A DNA stretch of 62,071 bases, taken from positions 16,306,001 to 16,368,071 of the forward strand of contig NC_086106.1 of the NCBI RefSeq assembly GCF_963921235.1, written 5' to 3'. A model generated the notes under the pieces. It saw nothing but the letters and a program-made list of their open reading frames with translations. It searched no databases and had not been told where the DNA came from. The position numbers and the translations under genes were made by a program. Shown here one piece after another: positions 46,600 through 58,780 of the stretch (positions are counted from its first letter, which is position 1; each line of letters begins with the position of its first letter). The DNA is from Mobula hypostoma. Taxonomy: Eukaryota.

Positions 46600-48720
46600 G
46601 TGAGGGGAAGGGGAAGGGGCTGGGGAAAGGGAAGTTAAAGGGGAGGGGAGGTGGAGATGTAGGGGTGGGTCGGGGTTTGGATTGGAGGGGAGGGGCATGT
46701 AGCTGGTGGACAGTGGAAAGGGAGGGGCAGGGGAGGGGAGGAAAAGGTGTAGGGAGAGGGGTGTGGGTGTGGGTTAAGAAGGAAGGGGATAGGGGTAGTT
46801 TGAGGGGGAGGGGGAGAGGGATGAGGAAGGGGGTTGAAGGGTAGGGGTGGAGTTGAGAGGGAGGGAATGGGGCAGGGGGTTTGAGGGGGAGGGGGATTGG
46901 GCCGTTGGGGGTTGAGGTAGAATTTGAGGTGGGAAGGGGATTGCCAAGGGGAGTTCAAGGGTGATGGGGTCCAGGGGGGGTTTAAGGGGGATGGGGCAGT
47001 GGGGGGGTTGAGAGGGAGTTTGAGGTGGGTGGGGGATGGGGCCAAGGGAGTTTAAGGGTGATGGGGGCCAGGGGGGTTTAAGGGGTAGGGGGTTGAGGGG
47101 GAGTTTGAGGTGGGTGGGGGATGGGGCCAAGGGAGTTTAAGGGTGATGGGGGCCAGGGGGGGTTTAAGGTGATGGGGCAGTGGGGGGGTTGAGGGGGAGT
47201 TTGATGTGGGTGGGGGATGGGGCCAAGGGAGTTTAAGGGTGATGAGGGCCGGGGGGGGTTAAGGGGGATGGGGCAGTGGGGGGGTTGAGGGGGAGTTTGA
47301 GGTGGGTGGGGGATGGGGCCAGGGGAGTTTAAGGGTGATGGGGGCTGGGGGGTTTAAGCAGGGGGAGGGTGTTGAGGGGGAGTTTGAGGTGGGTGGGGGA
47401 TGGGGCCAGGGGAGTTTAAGGGTGATGGGGGCTGGGAGGTTTAAGGCGGGGAGGGGGTTGAGGGGGAGTTTGAGGTGGGTGGGGGATGGGGCCGGGGAGT
47501 TTAAGGGTGATGGGGGCTGGGTGGTTTAACGGGGGGGAGGGGGTTGAGGGGCAGTTTGAGGTGGGTTGGGGATGGGGCCAGGAGAGTTTAAGGGTGATGG
47601 GGGCTGGGGGGTTTAAGGGGGAGGGGGAGGGGTTTAAGGGGGAGGGGAGGGGGTTGAGGGGGAGTTTGAGGTGGGAGGGGGATGGGGCCAAGGGAGTTTA
47701 AGGGTGATGAGGGCCGGGGGGGTTAAGGGGGATGGGGCAGTGGGGGGGTTGAGGGGGAGTTTGAGGTGGGTGGGGGATGGGGCCAGGGGAGTTTAAGGGT
47801 GATGAGGGCCAGGGGGGGTTTAAGGGGGATGGGGCAGTGGGGGGGTTGAGGGGGAGTTTGAGGTGGGTGGGGGATGGGGCCAAGGGAGTTTAAGGGTGAT
47901 GAGGGCCGGGGGGGTTAAGGGGGATGGGGCAGTGGGGGGGTTGAGGGGGAGTTTGAGGTGGGTGGGGGATGGGGCCAGGGGAGTTTAAGGGTGATGGGGG
48001 CTGGGGGGTTTAAGGGGTAGGGGGAGGGGGTTGAGGGGGAGTTTGAGGTGGGTGGGGGATGGGGCCAAGGGAGTTTAAGGGTGATGAGGGCCGGGGGGGG
48101 GTTAAGGGGGATGGGGCAGTGGGGGGGTTGAGGGGGAGTTTGAGGTGGGTGGGGGATGGGGCCAGGGGAATTTAAGGGTGGTGGGGGCCAGGGGGGGTTT
48201 AAGGGGGATGGGGCAGTGGGGGGTTGAGGGGGAGTTTGAGGTGGGTGGGGGATGGGGTCAAGGGAGTTTAAGGGTGATGGGGGCCAGGGGGTTTAAGGGG
48301 GATGGGGCAGTGGGGGGGTTGAGGGGGAGTTTGAGGTGGCAGTGGGAAGGGGCAAGGGGAGTTTAAGGGTGATGGGGGCTGGGGAGTGGGGTTGAGGGGG
48401 AGTTTGAGGTGGGAGGGGGATGGGGCAAGCAGAGTTTGAGGTGGGAGTGGGAAGGGGATGGGGCAGGGGGAGATTGGGGTGGGAGGGGTGAGGTGGATCG
48501 GGGTGGTGAGAGGTTATAGGGTACAGGGGGTGGTGGGAGGGTGTAGATGGAGGTTCATTGGGGGGTTTGTTGGAGGATGGGGGGAGGGTTGATGGGAAGG
48601 GGGTGGTGAGGGGGAGAGGGACGGGAGTGATGAAACTGGAGCAGAGCCAGTTTGGGGGTGGAATTAGGCAGGATGCAAGAGAGGTTGGTCGGGTGAGGCT
48701 GTTTGAAGGGAAGGGAATGA
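46600..48720 (+). repeat. G-rich tandem repeat (about 80-95 bp unit, GAGTTTGAGGTGGGTGGGGGATGGGGCC...GAGTTTAAGGG) in METTL3 intron 1
   Basis: Continuous G3-G8 runs on one strand over about 2 kb. Confidence 0.93.
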
Positions 48721-49009
48721 ACAGCAAATGGGAGTGAAGTATTATGTGTCCAGCTAACACGTGTACTGTCTGGGCAAACCAGGAGAGTTTAGGGAACCCT
48801 GGCTGAGGAGAGATGTTGGAGCTCAGGTGAAGAAGAAGAAAGAAGCATGGTTTAGGAGATCAGGATAGAGCAAGTCCCTCGATCACTATAAAGTAAGAAT
48901 ACTCTTACAAGGGAAATCGGAAGGGCAAAAGGAGGAAATGAGGTGGATCTAGCAGGTAGGGTTAAGGAAAATCCTGGGAAGTTTTACAGCGAGATTAAAA
49001 GTAAAACTA

Positions 49010-50060
49010 CATAGAACATAGAATAGTAGAGCACAGTACAGGCCCTTCGGCCCACAATGTTGTGCCGACCCTCAAACCTGCCTCCCATATAAGCCCCCAC
49101 CTTAGATTCCTCCATATACCTGTCTAGTAGTCTCTTAAACTTCACTAGTGTATCTGCCTCCACCACTGACTCAGGCAGTGCATTCCACGCACCAACCACT
49201 CTCTGAGTAAAAAACCTTCCTCTAATATCCCCCTTGAGCTTCCCACCCCTTACCTTAGAGCCACGTCCTCTTGTATTGAGCAGTGGTGCCCTGGGGAAGA
49301 GGCGCTGGCTATCCACTCTATCTATTCCTCTTATTATCTTGTACACCTCTATCATGTCTCCTCTCATCCTCCTTCTCTCCAAAGAGTAAAGCCCTAGCTC
49401 CCTTAATCTCTGATCATAATGCGTACTCTCTAAACCAGGCAGCATCCTGGTAAATCTCCTCTGTACCCTTTCCAATGCTTCCATATCCTTCCTATAGTGA
49501 GGTGACCAGAACTGGACATGGTACTCCAAGTGTGGCCTAACCAGAGTTTTATAGAGCTGCATCATTACATCGCGACTCTTAAACTCTATCCCTCGACTTA
49601 TGAAAGCTAACACCCCATAAGCTTTCTGAACTACCCTATCCACCTGTGAGGCAACTTTCAGGGATCTATGGACATGTACCCCGAGATCCCTCTGCTCCTC
49701 CACACTACCAAGTATCCTGCCATTTACTTTGTACTCTGCCTTGGAGTTTGTCCTTCCAAAGTGTACCACTTCACACTTCTCCGGGTTGAACTCCATCTGC
49801 CACTTCTCAGCCCACTTCTGCTTCCTGTCAATGTCTCTCAGCAATCTTCGGCAATCCTCTACACTATCTACAACACCACCAACCTTTGTGTCGTCTGCAA
49901 ACTTGCCAACCCACCCTCCTACCCCCACATCCAGGTCACTAATAAAAATCACGAAAAGTAGAGGTCCCAGAACAGATCCTTGTGGGACACCACTAGTCAC
50001 AACCCTCCAATCTGAATGTACTCCCTCCACCACGACCTTCTGCCTTCTACAGGCAAGCCA
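49010..50060 (-). mobile_element. Young 5'-truncated CR1 with an open 349-aa RT C-terminal ORF
   Basis: [34 protein letters not shown] with no internal stop; (CTATGTT)n-type tail; nested in an older plus-strand CR1. Confidence 0.92.
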
Positions 50061-53000
50061 AGACTAGAGAGAGAGTAAGTCAACTTAGGGATCAGCGCGG
50101 CTGCCTGTATCCTGAGCCACTGGAGATGGGTGGGAATTTCAACGAGTATTTATCTTCTGTAGTTAATGAGAAAAAAAATATGACTGCTCAGAAGGTTGGG
50201 AAAATGTGGAGATCTTTTGGAAGGCAGTCATTGTACCAGGGTGGATACATATAAAATTCTAAAGGGATTGGACAGGCCAGATGTAGGAAGATTGTTCCCG
50301 ATGTTGGGGAAGTCCAGAACAAGGGGTCACAGTTTGAGGATAAAGGGGAAACCTTTTAGGACAGAGATGAGGAAAAACTTCTTCACACAGAGAGTGGTGA
50401 ATCTGTGCAATTCTCTGCCACAGGAAACAGTTGAGGCCAGTTCATTGGCTATATTTAAGAGGGAGTTAGATAAGGCCCTTGTGGCTAAAGGGATCAGGGG
50501 GTATGGAGGGAAGGCTGGGGCGGGGTTCTGAGTTGGATGATCAGCCATGATCGTAATGAATGGCGGTGCAGGCTCGAAGGGCCGAATGGCCTACTCCTGC
50601 ACCTATTTTCTATGTTTCTATTCACAAGCCTGACTGAGCACATCCCAGGACTTTGTAGGAGGCCCGAGAGGAAATTGCAGAGACCCTTGTCTTCATTCTT
50701 TGCTTCATTGTTCACCACTGGTGGAGTTCCCGAAGACAGGGAGGTGGCTAATATGTAGCAGTGACAAGCCAGGAAACTCCAGGCCAAGCAGCCTGACCTC
50801 AGTGGTAGGGAGGTTACTGGAGGGAATTCCTAGGGTCAGTATCTACCAGCGACAAGTGTCTGATCCAGAGGAGTCAGTGTGGCTCTGTGTGCTCGACGAG
50901 CCTCTTTGGAGATGTGTTTTGAAGAAATTACCACAAAGGTAATCGGGGATAGGGCAGTGGATGTAGCCCATTTGGACTTTTGGAAGGGATTTGACATGAT
51001 CCCACGTGGTAGGCTGGTCTGGAAGGTCGTGTCCCGTGGAGTCCAGGGAGAGCGAGTTTGGTAGATTCAAAACTGTCTCAGTGGTAGGAAGCAAGAGGAT
51101 AGTGGATGAAGATTGTTTCTCAGACCAGAGACTGGAGACTAGTGGTGTGCCAGTAATCAGTGTTGGGACCTTTGTTATTTATAGTCAAAGAGAAGTACAG
51201 CAGCCCATCTAGTCCATGCCGAAACCATTTAAACTGCCTACTCCCACCGTCCTGCACCGGGACCATAGCCCTCCGTACCCCTACTACATATGTACCTATC
51301 CAAACTTCTCTTAAACATTGAAATCGAGCTCGCATCCACCACTTATGTTGGCAACTCATTCCACATTTTCACGACGTCTGAGTGAAGAAGATTCCCCTCA
51401 TGTTTCCCTTAAACTTCTCACCTTTCACCCTAAACCCATGACCCCTGGTTGTAGTCCCTCCCAACCTCAGTGGAAAAAGCCTGCTTGCATTTACCCTACC
51501 TATACCCTTCATAATTTTGAATTCTTCTATCAAAACTCCTTTTAGTCTTCTACGTTCTCAGGAATACAGTCCTAACCTTTTCAATCTTTACTTATAACTC
51601 AGGTCCTCCAGACCCAGCAACATCCTTGTAAATTTTCTCTGCACTCTTTCAAACTTGTTTACATCTTTCCTGTATGTAGGTGACCAAAACTGCAGACAGT
51701 ACTCCACATTAGGCCTCACCAACGTCTTATACAACTTCAACATAACATCCCAACTCCTGTACTCAGTACTTTGATTTATGAAGGCCAAGGTTGCAGAAGC
51801 TTTCTTTACAACCCTATCGACTTGGGACAACACTTTCAAGGAATTATGGACCTGTATTCACAGAATAAATAATTTGTTATATGTATCAGTGATTTGGACG
51901 TGAGTGATCAGTAGGTTTTGCAGATGACATAAAATTAGGAGGTTTGTTGATAGTGAAGTAGATTGTCATAGATTGCAGGGGGGGGGATCTTGATCAGTTA
52001 GGAAGTGGGCCGTGCAGTGGCAAATAGATTTCAGTACAGATAAGTGTGAGGTGCTACATACTGACCCTACAGGTAGAAAGGGCCATTAGGAAAGCTTTTG
52101 GCACATTGGCCTTCATAAATCAATGTGTTGAGTACAGGAAGTGAGATCTGTTGAAATTGATTAAGACGCTGGTAAGGCCTAGTTTGGAGTACTGTGTGCA
52201 GTTTTAGGCACCTACCTGCAGGAAAGATGTAAATAAGATTGAAAATTTACAAGGGAAGATTAAATAGGTTAGGGCAGAGATTTAGGGAAGATCTGATGGA
52301 GTGGTACGGATAGGGCAAATGAAAGCAGGCTTTTTCCACTGAGGTTGGTGGGACTAAACAACCAGAGGTCGTGGGTTAAGGGTGAAAGGTGAGAAGTTTA
52401 AGGGGAACATGAGGGGAAACTTCCTCCCTCAGAGGGTGGTGAGAGTGTGGAACGAGCTGCCAGCACAAGTGGTGCATGTGATTTTGATTTCAACATTCAA
52501 GAGAACTTTGGATCGGTACATGGATGGGAGGGGTATGGAGACTGTGGTCTATTTGCAGATCAGTAAAATTACGCAGTTTAAACTGTTTGGCACAGACCAG
52601 ATGGGCCAAAAGGCCTGTTTCTGTGCTGTCGTTTTCTGTGACTCTATTTTAGAAAGTCAAACCAGCGCAGGACTTGTACTATGGGGTGTAATGGTACACA
52701 GTGGCCCCGGGGTACAGGTACATGGTTGCTTGAAAGTGGAGTCACGGGGAGACAGGGTGGTGACGAAGACGTCTGGCACGCTGGCTTTCATCAGGGGGTG
52801 TAGGAGAAGAGACGTTATGTTGCAGATGTAAGAGACACTGGCGAGGCCACACTTGGAGTACTGTGCACAGTTTTGGAAAGACGTGGCTCAGCTGGAAAGA
52901 GGGCAGAGAAGATTCACGAGGAAGTTGCCAGGGCCAGAGGGTGAGGTCGGCCAGGCAAGATCTTCATGCAGTAGGAACATAGGAGAACGAGGGACACCCG

Positions 53001-53744
53001 TACAGAAATGTTTAAAATTATGAGAGGCACAGCTGGGATGAACAGTAACAGTCATTTCCCCAGGGCAGGGGAGTCCAAATCTGGAAGGCACAGATTAAGG
53101 GTGAGAGGGGAGAGATTTAAAAGGGACCCCAGGGACAACATTTCCATTTCCATATGGAACGAGCTGCTAGAGGGGGAGTTGAGGCAGGGACAATAGTGTC
53201 ATCTGAAGCACTTGGGCAGGGACATGGAGAGGTGGGGCTTCGGGGGCTATGAGCTGAATGCAGAGCATTGAGATGAGCTGGGTTGGGCCTGTGGTCAACA
53301 TGGACTAGTCGGGCTGAAGGGCCTGTATCCGTGCTCTATGTGACGCTGTGGTCTGTGGAAAGGCGTGAGTGAACGGCTGGACCGTGACGCCGTGCAGGAA
53401 TTTGCCCCAATTAGAGAGAGCGGTTCCCTCAGGCAGAGGCAGAGTGCGTGGGTAACACGGGAGGTCGAGGACAGAGTCAGGCAAAGTGTCAGAGGCCAGT
53501 GGTGGGACTGAGGACTGGCGAGTCTGCAGGGCTCTCGAGAAGGGAAGACTGATCTTAAACCATACTTGTGTGTGTTCTTGGTACTGGATAGCATGGATCG
53601 GTTGGGCCAAAGGGCACGTGTGCGTCCTGTTGACTCCGTGATGAGGTGGCATAGAAGGTGACCCTTCTCACGGGTGACCTGGGTGGGGATGGGGTCACTA
53701 AGATACACACCCCCCTCAACCACACTTTGCCTTTGCCTCCACAG

Positions 53745-53953
53745 CCCAGACGGAGACTGCTCAGGGGGTAGGTGCAGGCCTGCGTAGTGACAGCCCAGTC
53801 CCGCCGGCTGCCCTACCACCCACCAAACCGAGTGGCCTGGACCAGGACGAGAAGATTGACCCCCTCCTCGAGAGGCGGCTGCTCGAGCACCTCTCCAACC
53901 AGGCTCTGCTTCTGCCCACCGACTCACTTGCCATCCAGAACGCCTTGTTGTCG
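53745..53953 (+). CDS. METTL3: METTL3 exon 2
   Basis: ctccacag| ... |GTGAGA, 209 nt, phase 1-0. RSDSPVP...DPLLERRLLEHLSNQALLLPTDS corresponds to human RSDSPVP...DPELEKKLLHHLSDLALTLPTD. Confidence 0.93.
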
Positions 53954-53974
53954 GTGAGAGATGGGGGAATGGAG

Positions 53975-54900
53975 TGCCACTGAGTCGGGCACAGGGTGAG
54001 ACTCCCTCCACACCGTCCCATCACACACAGGCTGAGACTCCCTCCACACCGTCCCATCACACACTCCTGGGGTCAGACACAGAGTGAAACTCCCTCCACA
54101 CCGTCCCATCACACACTCCCGGGGTCAGACACAGAGTGAGACTCCCTCCACACCATCCCATCACATACTCCCGAGGTCAGACACAGAGTGAATTTCCCTC
54201 CACACCGTCCCATCACACACTCGTGGGGTCAGACACAGAGTGAATTTCCCTCCACACCGTCCCATCACACACTCCTGGGGTCAGACACAGAGTGAATTTC
54301 CCTCCACACCGTCCCATCACACACTCGTGGGGTCAGACACAGCGTGAAGCTTCCTCCACACCGTCCCATCAGACACTCCCAGGGTCAGACACAGAGTGAA
54401 TCTCCCTCCACACCGTCCCATCATACACTCCCGGGGTCAGACACAGAGTGAATCTCCCTCCAGACTGTCCCATCACACACTCCCGGGGTCAGACACAGAG
54501 TAAAACTCCCTCCACACCGTCCCATCACACACTCCCGGGGTCAGACACAGAGTGAGACTCCCTCCACACCGTCCCATCACACACAGGCTGAGGCTCCCTA
54601 CGTACCATTCTATCACACACTCCCGGGCTCAGACACAGAGTAAAACTCCCTCCACAGCGTCCCATCACACACTCCCGGGGTCAGACACAGAGTGAAACTC
54701 CCTCCACACCGTCCCATCACACACTCCCGGGGTCAGACACAGAGTGAAACTCCCTCCACACCGTCCCATCACACACTCCCGGGGTCAGACACAGATTGAA
54801 GCTCCCTCAACTCCGTCTCATCACACACCCCGAGGTCACACAGAGAGTGAAACTCCCTCCATACTGTCGCATCGCACACTTCCGGGGTCAGACATCCCAT
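53975..54900. repeat. 52-bp family B array in METTL3 intron 2, inverted relative to 44461-46165
   Basis: Unit GGGGTCAGACACAGAGTGAAACTCCCTCCACACCGTCCCATCACACACTCCC. Confidence 0.95.
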
Positions 54901-55049
54901 CACACACAGGGTGATGTTCAACAAATCCTTCAGCCCACACACTCCATGCTGACCCAGTTACGCCGATCGCATTCCACTTACCCCACATTCCCATCAACTC
55001 TCTCCAGATGCTTCCTCTCTGCCACAAACTAGGAGCTCAGCTTGTATCG

Positions 55050-55200
55050 CCCAGTAAGCCCACCAACCCAGTACGTCTTCGGGTGTGAAAGGAACCTGGA
55101 GCACCCAGGGGAAACCTATACGCTCGCAAGTGTACCATGCAAACTCCACGCAGACAGCATCTGAGGTCAGGGTAGAAGATGGGTCAGTGGGGGTGTGGGG
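55050..55200 (-). mobile_element. V-SINE fragment
   Basis: Reverse complement of the GGGTTTCCCCTGGGTGCTCCAGGTTCC V-domain. Confidence 0.55.
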
Positions 55201-56385
55201 CAGCTTATCTAATCTTAAAGCTAGCAGGAAACTTACTCTTCCCCCAACTCTCTCTGTCCCATTTCCCTCCCCCTATTCTCTGTCCTCCCTTCTCTCCCTA
55301 GCCCCCTCCCAATGTAAATAAGATTGAAAGAGTGTGAAGAAAATTTATGAGAATGTTGCTAGGTCTGGAGGACCTGAGTTAAATGGAAAGATTGAATTGG
55401 TTAGGACTTTTATCAGAATCTGTTTTAATATCACCAGCATATGTGGTAAAATTTGTTATCTTTCTGGCAGCAGTACAATGGGATAAATAAATACGGAGGA
55501 AAAAACAAAGTTATGTTAAGTATAGATATGTGTAATAAATAGTTAAGTTGGAAAGCAAAAATAAAAAGCAGTTGGGTAGTGTTCACGGGTTCAATGTCCA
55601 TTTAGAAATCGGATGGCAAAGGGGAAGAAGCTGTTTTGAATCACTGACTGTGTTCCTTTAGGCTTCTGTAGCTCCTTCCTGATGGAACAGTGTGAAAAGG
55701 GCATGTCCTGGGTGGTGGGGTTCCTGAATGACGGACGCTGCCTTTCTGAGACACCACTCCCTGAAGATGTCCTGGATGCTATGGAGGGTAGTAGCCATGA
55801 TTAGTTTTTAAAGCGTCTGCAACTTATTTTGATCTGTGTCGTTGTCCCGGTGATGCAGCCAGTCAGAACATTCTCCACAGTACGTTTGTAAAAGTCTTCG
55901 AGTGTTTTAGTTGATAAAACAAATCTCCCTAATGAAATGTTGCCACTGTCTTGCCTTCTTTATTCCTCAGCGTGTGGAAGATTGAGGGATGATTTGACAG
56001 TGGAATACAAAATTATGAGGGGTATAGATAAGATAAATGCAAGCAAGCTTTTTCCACTGAGGTTGGGTGGGACTATAACCGGAGGTCATAGGTTAAGGTG
56101 AAAGGTGAAGCGTTTAAAGGGAACATGAAGGAAAACTTCACTCAGAGTCATGAGAGTGTGGAATGAGCTGCCAGCACAAGTACTGCGCACGAGCTCCATT
56201 TCACTGTTTAAGAGAAGTTTTGATAGGTACATGTTTGGTAAGGCTATGGTCCCGGTGCAGGTGGGTGGGAGGAGGCAGTTTAAATGGTTCGGCATGGACT
56301 AGATGGGCCGAGGGGTCTATTTCTTTGGTGTACTTCTCTCTGACTCTATCCCTGTCTCTAACCACCGCCCCCCCCCCCACCCAAG

Positions 56386-56751
56386 CTCCAGTGCTCGGTG
56401 ACCCAGGGGAATGTGGAGAGCCTACTGCAGAAGTTTGCGGCCCAGGAGTTGATTGAGGTGCGAGGGGGCCTGTCCCAGGACGGCAGGCCGACCACCGTCA
56501 CCTTCGCCGACCACACCAAGCTCTCGGCCATGCTAGTGCTCCTGCCCCAGGAGGGCGAGCAGCCCCTGCCGCAGGCCGAGGGGGGCCAGAAGAGGCGGGC
56601 CCAGCCCCCGCCGGTCGGATCCGCCCCCTCCCCGCCCGACAGGAAGCTCCCCGAGCCTGCCAAGAAGTCCCGCAAGGTGGCCTCCGAACTGGACCTGGAG
56701 ATCGAGAGGCTGCTGAACCAGCAGTCCACCAAGGAGAGGCAGAGCAAGAAG
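56386..56751 (+). CDS. METTL3: METTL3 exon 3
   Basis: TQGNVESLLQKFAAQELIEV...ADHTKLSAM...AKKSRK...DLEIERLLNQQSTKERQSKK|GTACGG. The acceptor could alternatively be the in-frame one at 56392. Confidence 0.94.
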
Positions 56752-57140
56752 GTACGGCTCGTCCCGTGGGGGCCGGGAGGTTGGTAAGGGAGATGGGTGG
56801 GAGGGATTGGGGAAACAAGCTAGGGGGGGAGGGTTAGAGAGGAGGGAGGGGTGAGACGTTGGTGTGCTAGGAGAAGGGAGGAAGGGAGAGTTTAGGAGGG
56901 GGGCGGGTGAGTAGGGTAGAAACAAGGGGGTGGAGGTAAGCTGTGGGAGGAGCAGAAAAGGGGGATCCCTCAGCGACACTCCTTCTTGCGTAGGTGGGGG
57001 GGGGTGATTCCCCTCTGCTCTCACAGAGGTACAATGATCTCTCGGTGCAACCTCACCCACCCCCCCCCCGCGGGGATCGCTCAGCGCTGCCCCCACCCCC
57101 GAGTGGGGAGACCCCCTCAGTGACACTCCCTCTCCCCCAG

Positions 57141-57316
57141 GTGAGCCAGGAGATCCTGGAGCTGCTGAACACCAGCACAGCGAAGGAGCAGTCGATGGTG
57201 GAGAAGTTCCGGTCCCGCGGCCGCGCCCAGGTGCAGGAGTTCTGCGACCACGGCACCAAGCTCGAGTGTATGAGGGCCCAGGACCTGGAGCGGCCCTGCC
57301 GCAAACTCCACTTCAG
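57141..57316 (+). CDS. METTL3: METTL3 exon 4 (CCCH zinc finger 1)
   Basis: VSQEILELLNTSTAKEQSMVEKFRSRGRAQVQEFCDHGTKLECMRAQDLERPCRKLHF; 176 nt, phase 0-2. Confidence 0.96.
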
Positions 57317-57690
57317 GTGGGGGCAGTGTGGTCGGGGAATGATGGGGGGGGGTGAGGGAGAGAGGGGAAGTGTATACGAGGGCCCAGGGCCTGTTGGAGG
57401 GGGGCCCTGCCGCAAACTCCACTTCAGGTGGGGGCACTGTGGTCGGGGAATGATGGAGGGCGGGGTGAGGGAGAGAGGGGAAGTGTATACGAGGGCCCAG
57501 GGCCTGTTGGAGGGGGGTCCTGCCGCAAACTCCACTTCAGGTGGGGACGGGGGTGACATAGTGAGGGGCTGAAGGAAGAGAGGGCAGGACAAGGAGAATA
57601 GGAGGACTGCGGGATTATGATTGAAGTAGGCGATGTTTATGAGAGCCCAGATCCTGGAGCAGCCCTACCACAAGCTTCACTTCAGGTGGG
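57317..57690 (+). repeat. Tandem duplications of the METTL3 exon 4 3' end and donor
   Basis: CC(C)TGCCGCAAACTCCACTTCAG|GTGGG recurs exactly with GT at 57428 and 57541, and a diverged copy has GT at 57686. Confidence 0.9.
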
Positions 57691-58566
57691 TGGGAGTAAG
57701 GGGTGGGTGGGACAGGAAATGGCGGTAGGAATTAGGGCTGGTGGAGCGTTGTGGGGGGGGGGGTGAAGTGTCCAGAATCTTTTGTGTTGGGGGTTCTTTC
57801 ACCCCTGGTGCTCCCTGTTGGGGAGGGATGTCTCAACCATTTGGAGATCCTTCGCACTCTGGTTGGGATCCCTCGCTCTGGCTTGTTCCCTTTGTTGGAT
57901 TGGGGATCCCTCTCACTGGGTGTGGGGGAGGTCCCTTGATGGACATGTTTGGATTAGGGTAAATGATCTTTCTTTTAGGTGGGGGGGGTGATTATTTACT
58001 CAGCATGGTTGGATCTCTTCCTGCTGGGTGGTCCCTCAGGGCTGGCGATCCCTCACCGCCGTAGAGGAGCCCTTTGGGTGGGGATCCTTCTCTCATTCCA
58101 GCGGGATTCCTCACTCATGGGGGGAGTCCCCCTAGTGAGGCTCCTTTTCTCCAGTGGGGTTGGCACTCTCTAATGGGGTATCCCCTGCTTCAATTGGGGG
58201 GGGGGGTCTGTCCAGGTGGGGAACCCGCCTCTCTGGATGGGGTATCTCTTTTTTGTGGGGGGGTTTCCTTGCTTCAGTTGGCAGTTTCCTCCGGGGCAAG
58301 GGATCCCTCTCTCTGGGTGGGGATCTTTCTCTCTCGGCAGGAGAATCCCCCTCTCTCTGGGCTGGGAGATCCCTCTCTCGCTAGGCAGGGGATCCCTCCC
58401 CTGGCTGTAGAATCCCTCTCTCTGTGGGTGGGGTATCCCTCTCCTGGCTGTAGGCTCCCTCTCTCCCTCTCTCTCTCTAGGCAGGAGATCCCTCTCCAGG
58501 GTAGGGGGATCCCTCTCTCCAGGGGGTACCTGTCGCTCCTCTGGGCCTGACCTCTCGCTTCCACAG

Positions 58567-58780
58567 GCGCATCATCAACAAGCACACAGACGAGTCTCTG
58601 GGTGACTGCTCCTTCCTCAACACCTGCTTCCACATGGACACCTGCAAGTACGTGCACTACGAGATCGACAGCTGCCTGGACACCGGCCCAGTTCTGCCCC
58701 TGGATGGCCAGGGGTCCGACAAGCCCCTCACCCCCAGTGTGGGCACTGACCCCAGCCTGGGCAAGCTCTTCCCCCCACAG
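58567..58780 (+). CDS. METTL3: METTL3 exon 5 (CCCH zinc finger 2); later exons not found in the window
   Basis: [34 protein letters not shown]...LFPPQ|GTGTGC; 214 nt, phase 2-0. Confidence 0.96.
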
